NCBI RefSeq assembly: GCF_000372725.1
Contig: NW_005201259.1
Coordinates: forward strand, 353,949 to 401,166
Origin: Emiliania huxleyi CCMP1516
Taxonomy: Eukaryota
Length of the DNA: 47,218 bases
Direction: 5' to 3'
The notes beneath the pieces were generated by a model that worked only from the letters and a program-made list of their open reading frames with translations, was not told the origin of the DNA and did no database searches. Shown here piece after piece: positions 21,508 through 32,696 of this stretch (within the stretch, counting starts at the first letter, position 1; each line of letters begins with the position of its first letter). Position numbers and translations under genes: made by a program.

Positions 21508-21618
21508 ATAGGCCCCGGAGGCCTCAACCCCCAACTAAAGGGTTGACGCGGGGGGTCTCAACCGTCAACCAGATGGTTGAGGGGGGGCCTCAACCCTCAA
21601 CCCCTCAACCACCCCTAT
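21508..21618. repeat. MITE-like ~110-bp element built of tandem and inverted TCAACC/GGTTGA motifs
   Basis: Multiple (c)tcaacc and two ggttga copies; atagg...cctat termini. Confidence 0.5.
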
Positions 21619-21746
21619 GGGCAGAGTCCTGTGCTTTGCTCGTGTTCTTTTCTGTGCCGCGCCAGTCCGCGCCCTTCTCGTGCACGGAGCACTTGGAGCA
21701 CTCCGAGGCGAAAAAGAATTCTTTTTGCAGGGCGCCGGCTGAACTT

Positions 21747-24700
21747 ATGAGTCTGGTCTTCCTTCGGGTGTGGCTGCTCCTGGCGCCCGTCGCGGCCTTC
21801 TACTTGCCCGGTGTCGCCCCTCACGAGTACCTCGACAACGAAAAGGTTGAGATCAAGGCGCGCACCGCCGTCGCTCCGCGTCCGCACCACCACCGCCGCC
21901 ACCACACCGCACTGCAGCCTCGCGCCCGTTGCCGCAGCCGTACGCACACGCCGCACCAGCGCCGGCAACCCAACCGCGAGAGGCCGGCCGCGCGGGCAGT
22001 GCACCGCCCGCGCCGCCCGTGGCCGCACGCCGTGCCGCCGACCCGGCGCACACCCCTCCCTCGTGGGCCAGGTCAACAAACTCTCGTCGACAAAGACGCA
22101 GCTGCCGTACGACTACTACTCGTTGCCCTTCTGCCGCCCGGCCGAGGTGGTCAACAAGATGGAGAACCTGGGCGAGGTGCTCCACGGCTCCGTCATCAAG
22201 AACTCGGCGTACGACATATCGATGGGCAAGATCGAGTTCCGCGTGCTCTGCAAGCGGACTCTCGAGCCTGCAGAGGCGACGCTGCTGCACACGCGGATCC
22301 GGCAGGACTACCGCGTGCACATGATCATGGACAACCTGCCCGCCGCCACCAAGATGATCCGCGAGCTCCCCGACGGCCAGACGATTGTCATGTCCGCGCC
22401 CGCCCTCTGCCCACACACCTCCGCCGCCACCTCTCCACCACCCCCCGCCCACACACCTCCGCCTCCACCTCTCCACCACCCCTGGCTCCTCCGCAGGTAC
22501 GACCGCGGCTACCCCCTCGGCTTTGTCGGGTCTGCAGAGCGGCAGGGCTCCGTGCCGGGCGGCGCCTACCTGCACAACCACCTGCGGTTCGAGAGTAGCC
22601 GAGAGATCACCCGAGATCACCCGAGATCACCCGAGATCACCCGGGCGGCGCCTACCTGCACAATCACCTACCCACGCACTAGGTTCGTGCTCAAGTACCA
22701 CAAGGACGCGGCGTTCGACGGCGCGCGGATCGTCGGGTTCGAGGCGTGCAACTACTCCACCGCCACTCCTCCCACACCCGCCCCCAGTCTCCCACTACAC
22801 GCGGTCTCCCCCTCCTCCCGCGAGGGCCTCCCCCTCCTCCCGCGAGGGCGAGCCACTCTCAGTCGACCACACGCGAGGACACCCCCTCGGGCACATCTCG
22901 GGCACATCTCGGGCACATCTCGGGCACATCTCGGGCACATCTCGGGCACATGTCATGCAGGTCGAGCCCCTCTCCGTCAAGCACAAGTACAAGGGCGCCT
23001 GGTCCCGACGCCGCCGTCCTCTCCTCGCACCTCCTGCTTGCGCCCCTTCTCGGACCCTTCTCGGACCCCTTCCCCGTGTAGGTCTGACGACGCCTCCCAG
23101 CTCCAGCTCCTCACCCTGCCCGTCGGGCACGACTCGCCGCCGCTGCGAGCGGACAGTGAGGGGGGAGCAGCTCACTCTACGCACTGTGCACTCGCAATAG
23201 GCCCGACTTGCCGCCGCTGCGAGTGGACCCAAAGGGAAGCGCTGCGGAGCGAGAGGCGGCTTGCGCGTGCGGCGTGAGGCGACAGGGCCGGTGAGCTGAG
23301 GAGGGGCGAGATGGCGTGGATAGGTGGTGTACACGTACGACGTTAAGTGGGAGCCGTCGGACGTCAAGTGGGCGAGTCGCTGGGACCTGTACCTGTACAT
23401 GGGGGACGACCAGATCCACTGGTCCTCTCCCCCGCCCGCCCGCCGCTCCTGAGGAGGAGGAAGGGGGGTGGGTCATACCCTGGCTGCGACTAGGTTTCCC
23501 TCACCAGCTCTCGCTCCTACTCGAGAGTTGACCATCAGTGACGAAGAACTGACGACTCCTTAGGTTCTCAATCATCAACTCTCTCGCGATCGTCCTGCTG
23601 CTCACCGGCGCGTGATATGTCTCTCCCCATCTCTCCCCATCTCTCCCCATCTCTCCCCATCTCTCCCCATCTCTCCCCATCTCTGGCGCGGGGTGTGAGA
23701 TGCGCACGCCGGAGGGAGGGAAGGAGCCACGCGCCCGCTCTGAGCAGGCATCGTCGCCATGATCATGATGCGCACGCTGAGGAGGGACGTGTCGCGGCAC
23801 ACTCGCCACACACACAAGGGCGCCCCGCGCAGAGCCGTCAGTCCCTCACTCGCGGATCAGCCGTCGGCTAGGTACAACTCGCCCGAGGACAAGGACGACC
23901 TCGCCGAGGCGACGGGCCCATCGCCCGCCCCCCCGGTGGCTCAGTCCTCCGCTCACCGCCGGAGGAGGAGTCGCGTAGGAGTCTGGCTGGAAGCTGGTGC
24001 ACGCCGACGTCTTCCGGCCGCCGCAGCAGCCGACCCTCCTCTCCGCCTCCAGGACACGTCCACGACATGTCCGAGACATGTCCCGCAGGCCGCCGCAGCA
24101 GCCGATCCTCCTCTCCGCCTCTCTCGGCACCGGCATGCAGCTGCTCGCGAGGAGGACATTTCCTAGCCACTTCCTAGCCACTTCCTAGCCACTTCCTATG
24201 AACAGGCATGCAGCTCCTCGCGATGGCGGTCGTCTCCATCGGCTGCGCGATGCTCGGGTTCCTCTCCCCCGCCAACCGAGGCGAGACATAGCCGAGACGG
24301 CACCCTCCCCCCGCCGACCCTAGGCGTTCTCAACCGCCACGCTCACCGCCACGCCGCTACCAGCCTGCCCTCTGCCCTCTGCCGCACCCTCTGCCGCACC
24401 TCCTCCTCCCTTCCCTCGCCCTCCTTGAAGCCCAGCATAGCCCATCCTCGTCACCAGGCGGCCTGCTCCCCTACTCTTCTCTTTGTCTTCTCTTGTTACC
24501 ACCCCTCCTCCTCATCAGGCGGCCTGCTCACCGCCACGCTGCTCACTTTCATGCTGATGGGCGTGCCGGCGGGCTACTGCGCCTCCCACACCTACAAGGC
24601 ACTCAAGGGCACCGAGTGGAAGCTGGTCACCGTGCTCACCGCCACCCTCTACCCCGGCGCCATCGCCGCCACCCTGTTCGTGCTCAACTTCTTCATCTGG

Positions 24701-25811
24701 GGCCAGCACTCCTCGGGCGCCTGACGTGTCCAGGAAGTGTCTAGGAAGTGTCTAGGAAGTGTCTCATAGGCCAGCAGTCCTCGGGCGCCATCCCGTTCGG
24801 CACGATGGTGGTGCTGCTCCTCATGTGGTTCGGCGTGTCGGTGCACCCCTCCCCTAGCCGAGATGCGCAGAGATGCGCAGAGATGCGCAGAGATGCGCAG
24901 AGATGCGCAGAGATGCGCAGAGATGCGCAGAGAGAAGCCGAGAAGTGGCTCGGCGTGTCGCTCTCCTCCTCGCCGGCGCCCCCCCTCGCGCGGGCCGTTG
25001 CCCGAGCCTTCTCGGAGCCTCGCCAGGTGCCACTCGTGTTCGCCGGCGCCTTCTTCGGCTTCAAGGCCCAAAACCAACGGGCCCGCCCGCGCCGCGCACT
25101 TCTTCTTCTCTGACTCGCGCGTTTCGTGGCTTAGGCGAAGCTCAAGGACCCGCCCTGCCGCACCAACGAGATCCCGCGCCAGGTGCCCGAGCAGGCGTGG
25201 TACATGGTCGGAGCCTTCAACGTGCTCATGGGCGGCATCCTCCCCTTCGGCGCCATCTTCATCGAGCTCTTCTTCATCATGACCTCCGTCTGGCTGCAGG
25301 TTTCAGATGTGCAGCCCGGAGCCCCGCCCAGAGCGCGGCCGAGGCGGCTGAGCTGGGGCGGTTGCGCCGCGACTGACCGCGCCCGTGTCCCGCGCGCAGC
25401 GCTTCTACTACGTGTTCGGCTTCCTCGCGCTCGTGCTGCTCATCCTCATCATCACCTGCGCCGAGATCTCGATCGTGCTCTGCTACTTCCAGCTCTGCAA
25501 CGAGGACTACAACTGGTGGTGGCGCGCCTTCCTCACCTCTGGCTCCTCGGGGCTGTACCTGTTTGGCTACTCGATCATGTACTTTCACTCGCAGCTCGAG
25601 ATCGACGGGTTCGTGCCCACCCTGATGTACTTCACGTACATGGCGGTCTTCTCGACCCTCTTCTTCCTCGTCACGGGTGCGGTCGGCGCCTGCTCGCGCC
25701 AACACTGGTTCATTAGTAGTCATTGTGAGCTACGAATGAGTAGGCACGATCGGCTTCTACTCGTGCCAAAAGTTTGTCTGGGCGATCTACGCCGCCATCA
25801 AGGTGGACTGA
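21747..25811 (+). CDS. TM9SF4: Nonaspanin / TM9SF (EMP70) family, TM9SF2/4-like, with many introns
   Basis: Signal peptide then [120 protein letters not shown]. Confidence 0.95.
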
Positions 25812-26173
25812 GCTGCAGAGACCGAGGTCGCAGGCGGTGAGAGCGGAGCGTTGGACCCCTCTGAACGCAAGCAAGGCTGGGGCGTGGCGAGGGGACGGCC
25901 GATGCGTGGCGCGTGCGCGGCTGGGGCGTGTGCGAGGGACCGGAGACGGACGTGGGCCCAGCGGGGCCCAGAGATTCGGCGACACACCAGCGCCCGTCAA
26001 GAGTCCCCGACGCCCAGTGTCATGACCCGGGAATATACACCGTGTGAAGTGCTGCGAAGAGGTCGGTGAAGCGAGAGAGAATAGTTAGGGTGTGTGTCGC
26101 GTGTTCTCCTCTCCCCGGGGCGCTGCCAGGCAATTCCAATTTTATGGAAGGCGTCGATTACTCAACGAGCCGT

Positions 26174-26261
26174 GTACATGCACATGCACACATATGTGCA
26201 TGCACATGCGCATGCACATGCACGATGCACCGATGCACATGTGCACATGTGCACGCGCGTG
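26174..26261. repeat. Alternating purine-pyrimidine (TGCACA)n-type low-complexity tract
   Basis: Direct reading. Confidence 0.8.
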
Positions 26262-26547
26262 ACGGACCCGTCGTCAGTGACTGATGTCTCGTCCCAGGGC
26301 CCAGGCCTCTCGAGACCGCCCGCGCGCTGCTAGCATGAGGACTCGAGGAGATAGAGATCCCCCCGCGCGCTATACGCCATCGAAAATCGTGTTCGTGTGT
26401 ACATACCTGGCGACTGTTTCGAATTGTATGCGGTTCCGGTTCCGGAAGATAAGTGTGAGAGAAGGCCAAAGCTAGGCGAGGCCTCAACTACAGCGTGACG
26501 GCTCAAGGGCTAACGACGGAGCCCACGTGGGCGGCCCTGAGCCACGG

Positions 26548-26995
26548 CTACGGCGCATCCCCCTCGTAGTAGTCGTCGTAGTCGTACCCCTCCCCCTCCC
26601 CGAAGTCGTCTTCGGTCAGGAGCCCATCCTGCAGCGCATCCTCCAGAGCGTCCTGCGCCCCGGCGCCGTCGGCGCCGCCCCGCCCAAACAGGCCGCCCAA
26701 CAGGCGCTGCCACACGTAGCGGCGGAACCAGCTCTTGCGCGTGAGTCGGCTGGTCGGCGCGAGCCCCTCTGCACACGGGTCCTCCTCGCCGCCCACGTAC
26801 CCCTCGATCGTGCTGCCCAGCGCCGTGACTCGCCACGTGTGCTTTGCGCGCCCGCGCTCGGCCTCGCCGCCCGCCCCCGCCTCCACCTCCGCCTCCGCCT
26901 CCGCCTCCGCCTCGGTCGCCTCGACCGTCCCTGTTCGCGCGTGCCGCTCCCCCTCCCCCGCCTCCCCCGCCTCCCCCGCCTCCTCGATCTCCAGT
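26548..26995 (-). CDS. 3' end of a hypothetical gene (acidic tail); 5' part lost in low-quality sequence and gap
   Basis: HTWRVTALGSTIEGYVGGEEDPCAEG..SWFRRYVWQRLLGG..YDYDDYYEGDAP*. Confidence 0.5.
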
Positions 26996-28240
26996 GGTCC
27001 CGCCCCTGGGGGGCCTCGTCAGAGTCACCTGCCGGGCGGGGCGGGGCGGCTCTTGCTGGTGGGGGGGGGGGGCTAGGCCCCTGGGGTAAGAAAAGGTTAA
27101 GGGAGGGGGGAAGGGTTTTTAAGGGGAATGCCCATGGTGGGGGTTACCAGGCGGAGGGGAACGGCTAGGGCGGGTGCAAGGGGACAGGGGGAAAACCTTC
27201 TTTGGCCCGTCAAATTAGGTGGTTAGCAACCGGGCCCGGTCACCGCTTTGTGGGGCCCCTCCCACCCTCTGTCCCCGAGGGTGGTGGCCCCTGTCTTCGG
27301 TTAAACGGGTTTGTAGCGGATCGTTTTTCCCCTAAGGAGGTGGCCTAAGTGGGGGGGGNNNNNNNNNNNNNNNNNNNNNNNNNNNNNNNNNNNNNNNNNN
27401 NNNNNNNNNNNNNNNNNNNNNNNNNNNNNNNNNNNNNNNNNNNNNNNNNNNNNNNNNNNNNNNNNNNNNNNNNNNNNNNNNNNNNNNNNNNNNNNNNNNN
27501 NNNNNNNNNNNNNNNNNNNNNNNNNNNNNNNNNNNNNNNNNNNNNNNNNNNNNNNNNNNNNNNNNNNNNNNNNNNNNNNNNNNNNNNNNNNNNNNNNNNN
27601 NNNNNNNNNNNNNNNNNNNNNNNNNNNNNNNNNNNNNNNNNNNNNNNNNNNNNNNNNNNNNNNNNNNNNNNNNNNNNNNNNNNNNNNNNNNNNNNNNNNN
27701 NNNNNNNNNNNNNNNNNNNNNNNNNNNNNNNNNNNNNNNNNNNNNNNNNNNNNNNNNNNNNNNNNNNNNNNNNNNNNNNNNNNNNNNNNNNNNNNNNNNN
27801 NNNNNNNNNNNNNNNNNNNNNNNNNNNNNNNNNNNNNNNNNNNNNNNNNNNNNNNNNNNNNNNNNNNNNNNNNNNNNNNNNNNNNNNNNNNNNNNNNNNN
27901 NNNNNNNNNNNNNNNNNNNNNNNNNNNNNNNNNNNNNNNNNNNNNNNNNNNNNNNNNNNNNNNNNNNNNNNNNNNNNNNNNNNNNNNNNNNNNNNNNNNN
28001 NNNNNNNNNNNNNNNNNNNNNNNNNNNNNNNNNNNNNNNNNNNNNNNNNNNNNNNNNNNNNNNNNNNNNNNNNNNNNNNNNNNNNNNNNNNNNNNNNNNN
28101 NNNNNNNNNNNNNNNNNNNNNNNNNNNNNNNNNNNNNNNNNNNNNNNNNNNNNNNNNNNNNNNNNNNNNNNNNNNGTGGTTTGGCCGCAGATCACAGATC
28201 ACACCGGGCAAACTTGAATACTTTGCGCGCGTCCCTTCGC

Positions 28241-28637
28241 ATGAGCCAGTGCATGGCCGCGGCCTACAACGTCTTCAACGAGTGGGACATGTACTACAAG
28301 AGCCCCCCCAACTCGGGCCAGCCGCGCAACCCCTTCGAGATGGCGCGCGCGCGCGCGCCCACGGTGGCCGCGCCGCCGCCGGCGGCGGCGGCGGCGGAGG
28401 CGACGGCGGCGGAGGCGGTGGAGGTGGAGGCGGAGGCGGCGGAGACGCCGGAGGTGACCATGGCGGAGGCGGAGGTGGCGCCAGCGGAGGCGGCGGAGGC
28501 GGAGGCCGTTCCAGCGGAGGTGACCATGGCGGAGGCGGCGCCGGCGGAGACCGCGCCCGCGCCCGCGCCCGAGGTGACCATGGCGGAGGCGGCGCCGGCG
28601 GAGACCGCGCCCGCGCCCGCGCCCGCGCTCGCACCGG

Positions 28638-28668
<31 letters not shown>

Positions 28669-28708
28669 GGCACGCAAGGCCCTGGCGGCCTTTGCGGACA
28701 CGCTCTGA
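28241..28708 (+). CDS. Hypothetical protein (possibly last exon) with EVTMAEA/AP repeats
   Basis: MSQCMAAAYNVFNEWDMYYKSPPNSGQPRNPFE followed by tandem peptide repeats; GC3-rich. Confidence 0.45.
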
Positions 28709-29744
28709 GGGGTGAGCACGATTGCCGGCGGGTCACCTCGCGCAGACTGCATCGCGCGAACACGTGCTGCACGACCGGACGGCCTAACACGACGGTTACT
28801 GTACGCTCGTGTGGTGGGGTGGGGGGTGGGGGGGTATGGTCCTGCTGGCCAGAGGCGACGTCCTGTGCGGGTGGGGGGGTATGGTCGCGGCGCCAGGGCG
28901 CCGACCCTACCATACCTTACCCCGCAAAAAGTCCGAACCCTGGCTGGCACTCACACTAGAGCTCTACAACTACTCGAGAGTAGATCATCGCCCCTTGGTC
29001 CTTCCGGTCCTTCCAAAATCCTGCTCGTGCAGGTGGGGACCCTGTCCTCCTCCCCTTCCCTCGTTTGGGTTGTCTACTTTCTTTCTTTCTTCCCCCCCCC
29101 CCTTCGCTGTCTGTTTTCTTTCTTTCTTTCTTTCCCCTCGTTGGCGTGTTCATTTATTTATGCGACGGCACTCCGCTCCACGAAGCCAGCGCGCCCTCTT
29201 CGGCAGCATCGTAGTCGTCGTCGACTCGTCGTCACAACGAGGAACTGGGAACGCGATCTGAATTCCTCCCTCCACCTCGCCCACACCGCCGCCGCCGCCG
29301 CTCACGCCGCCGCCGCCCTCCACCTCGCCCACACCGCCGCCACCCTCCACCTCCCCCACACCCCCACACCGCCGCCGCCGCTCACGCCGCCGCCGCCCTC
29401 CACCTCGCCCACGCCGCCGCCGCCCTCCACCTCCACACCACCCCGCCGGCACTGCCGCCCACACCTCCGCCGCCCTCCTCCTCCCCCTTGCCTCCGCCAC
29501 CCTCCACGCTGCCTCCCCCGCCGCCACCCTCCCCTTCGCTTCCCCTCTCCACCACCGCCCCCCTACTCCACCCCTCGCCCTCCCCCCGCCCGCCCTCCCC
29601 CCCGCCCTACCGAACCACCCACCCACCGCCCGCCCATGCCGACCTCCGCCCTCCCGCCGCCCTCCCCCCTTCCCGCCCCTACGGCTACGCCTTCGCCATC
29701 CCCCCCATCTGTGCGTTCCACTCCGTTCGCTCCCTCCCGCTTGG

Positions 29745-30214
29745 CGCCCATCCCGCCCTCAGCCCTCGCCCTCCGCCCCTGCCCTGGCTGGCTCTGGCCT
29801 GGGTGGCATCTCCTCATCATCACGCGCCAAGTGGGAGCAAGGGAGGGAAGTGGACGGGGCCCTGAGCCGACCTAGCCGCCAAACGGAATGGGGCGCCCAA
29901 CACGTGCCGGATTACTGTGCCTTCCCCGGGCACAGCCTTTCGGCTCGTGAAGGGTCGGTGCGTGTCGTGACCTCCTGGAACACCCGTACCCCCGCACCAT
30001 CTCCGTCGCTTGGTTCTATTAACCTTGTGCCCCACCGGGAGCGGCCAGGACTCATAGACTCGGTCGAGAGACCCCAGATTGGCACTCATGCCTCTCTGGA
30101 CAGGGTGGCCCGCCACAAGGACCCCAGGAATTGCGACTCGCCGCTTTCCTCCCGCTGTGATTTTGTGTGAGCTCTTGTATGCATATTGTGTCTTGATTTG
30201 CCAACAATAGACCT
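29745..30214 (+). mobile_element. ~470-bp dispersed repeat, copy 2
   Basis: Matches the reverse complement of 19098-19575. Confidence 0.85.
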
Positions 30215-30503
30215 GTCGAACACGACCCCCCCCCCCCCTTCCCCCCTCGCGACGCATTCGGCAAAGCTCGATGAATCTGCCGGAACGGAAATCCGGTCTT
30301 CTGTGTCCCTTCTTCTGCCCCCCTCCCCAATTCCCCGTACAGCCCGTCGGCCTAACAGAAATCGAGATTGGCTGTCAACACTCATATATTCTCCGTGCGC
30401 GAGTATCCCCCGGGGGGGTTGGGTCTGTGAGGGCTTCGCGTTTCGCCTTCGCCTTTGCCCGGCGTCGCGTGGCGCCGACCGCGGGAGAGAGCGGCGCACG
30501 CGC

Positions 30504-32428
30504 ATGATGCCCGCCGAGAGGCAGCTGCAGCGCCGCCCGCGTACCATGTACACCGCGGAGTACAAACTGCGGGTCGTGCACGAGGCTCTCGCCCGCCCTG
30601 AAGCCTGCCGAATCAAACCGACCTGCAGAGACCCCCCCGGGGTTGAACCGGTGCCCTTTGACGGCCCAAAAGCGCCCCAAAGGTGTCCCCCCCCCCCCCC
30701 CCCCTCCCTCTCCCCTCCTCCCCACCACCCCCCCTGGCCGCCGCCCGGCGCCCCCCCTTCCCCGCGCCCCGAACTAGCTCGCCATCATGCCTGCAACTCC
30801 CTGGCTCCCGAGAGCGGGCGAGAGTGCCACCAGTACCAGCACCAGTGCCACCCCCTGCGCGTTGTTCACCGCACCCCTCGCTTGTATTCAGACGCAGCTG
30901 CGCAAGTGGATCAAGAACATTGAGACACTCGAGTCGCTCGCAAAGCTCGAGGCCCGGCAGCTCGAGATTCGACGCGACTTCATGGCCAAAGCGCCTCCCG
31001 CGGCCAACAACTTCGCCGACGCGAGGGCACAGGCTGGACTCGACAACCCCATGCACGCGGGCGACCACCCAAACTTGATGGGCTCGACAGCGCCTCTGCA
31101 ACCGCCAGCCAAGGAAAGGGGAGCCGTGAATGCGCCGCGGGGCAGGGTGCGGGGATTCTAAGCGCGCCGTCTCTCGCCTCCAGGCGTCACCGCAGCTGCG
31201 GCAGCTACATCCTAAGCACATCTCGGATTTTCCTCATCTCGTGCAGTCGCCCACGTCGCAGCCCGTGCAGCCGCCGATTCCGACTCAGTACATGCCGATC
31301 AACGCGGCGGCCGAGGCGCCCGAGATGTGCATGTACACCCGAGCACAAACCCGGACGTCCAAGCTCAGGCTGCTACCTACTTAGGCGGCGTGGGCGACGG
31401 ACACCCTGCTGCGATCGCACATGGCAATTGCGCAACAGTCGCCGACGATAGCGTTGGGGCTGCAGCAGCAGAGGGCGCTTCAACAGCAAGCCCTGCAGCA
31501 GGTAGCGCTGCAGCAGGCAGCACTGCAACAGCAGGCGCTGCAGGCTGCGCTGCAGCAGCAGCAGCAGCAGCCGCAACACGCCTTGCTACAGCAGCAGGCG
31601 GCCCAGCAGCATCAGCAGGCCCTGCATCAGGCGGCGCAACAACAGCAGCAGGCCTTGCTACAGGCGGCGCAGCAGCACCATCAGGCCCTGCAGCAGCAGC
31701 AACCGCAGCCTTGGCATCTGGCACCGGGCGCCCCGTCGGCGGCTGAGACACTCGGCCTCTGGACGTCGCAGCTGGTGCCGGCGCCCCAAGTCGCGCCGGT
31801 CGCGGGCGAGCCGCACCTGCTGCCGTGGCTGGTGGCTGGCCCCGCCGAGGCTGGCCCCGGGACTGCCCCCTCCTGGCTCATGGCGCCTGCGCCTGCGTTC
31901 TGCGCACAGCGAGGCGTGTACGCCGACATGCCGTCGCCGCTGCATGGGATGCGGGCCACCAGTGCGGGAAGCGCATGCGCCCCCTCTGTTGGCATCCCCC
32001 CCGTGGGGCCTGTCCCGCTCGGCGGTGGGTGCGTCGCGCCATCGTTCCCAGTGCAGTACGGGATTCCCACGCCAATGCTCCCCCAGGGCTCGCCCGTCCA
32101 CGGGGAGTGCAGGGCGTGGGGCATGCCTCCCGAGGAGAGGGCTCGCTCCGCAACGTGGGAAGACAGCCAGCGTGCCGAGGAGGTCAGCGGCGTCAAGGTC
32201 AAGGCGGAGGCTGACCTGCTCACGGCCCGCGTCGGCGTGAAGCGACCTCGCACGCTGCAAGAGGGCCAGGAGGGCGCGGCCTCTCCCCCGATGCGGCCGC
32301 AAGATGTCGGGCTCGACGAGTCGCAGCTCGCGCAGCCGCACGCCCAGCCGAGCCCGGCGCCGGTGGCGTCGCCGGGGTCGAAGGCGCCGCCACCTCCCTC
32401 TGGATTGTGGCAGCCGGAGATTTTGTAG
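30504..32428 (+). CDS. Brinker-type (BrkDBD/pogo-like) HTH transcription factor with Gln-rich region
   Basis: RRPRTMYTAEYKLRVV..IKPTCR..PGVEP|TQLRKWIKN across intron 30651-30891. Later exons joined by GC-AG introns lead into ALQQQ repeats. Confidence 0.7.
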
Positions 32429-32696
32429 ATCCACCGGCAGATTGACCGTCATGGACATAGTTGGCGATGGGGTTTCGTGCCTCAGTGCTCAGAGTACCCG
32501 CACAGTGGTCCACAGAGGGTGCATCAGATCCTGCTCCCAAAGGAGAAAGAAAACCGAACACGCACACATCAAACGGCGTTCTTGCCGATTACTTTCTCCA
32601 ACGCCCAAAAAAGAAAATTGTCGTTGGTCCCTAAGGCTAAGCCAACACACGCCTACTGTCCCTCTTCGCCTCCTGCACTGATACGCCCGCTTCGCG

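Noticed and set aside
27332..28959. Long ORFs spanning N runs
   Set aside because: Artefacts of translating through gaps.
19098..30214. The two inverted 470-bp copies as TIRs of an 11-kb composite transposon
   Set aside because: The copies are diverged, a third truncated copy shares only the 3' end (retroposon pattern), no TSD is seen, and the enclosed gene is housekeeping TM9SF.
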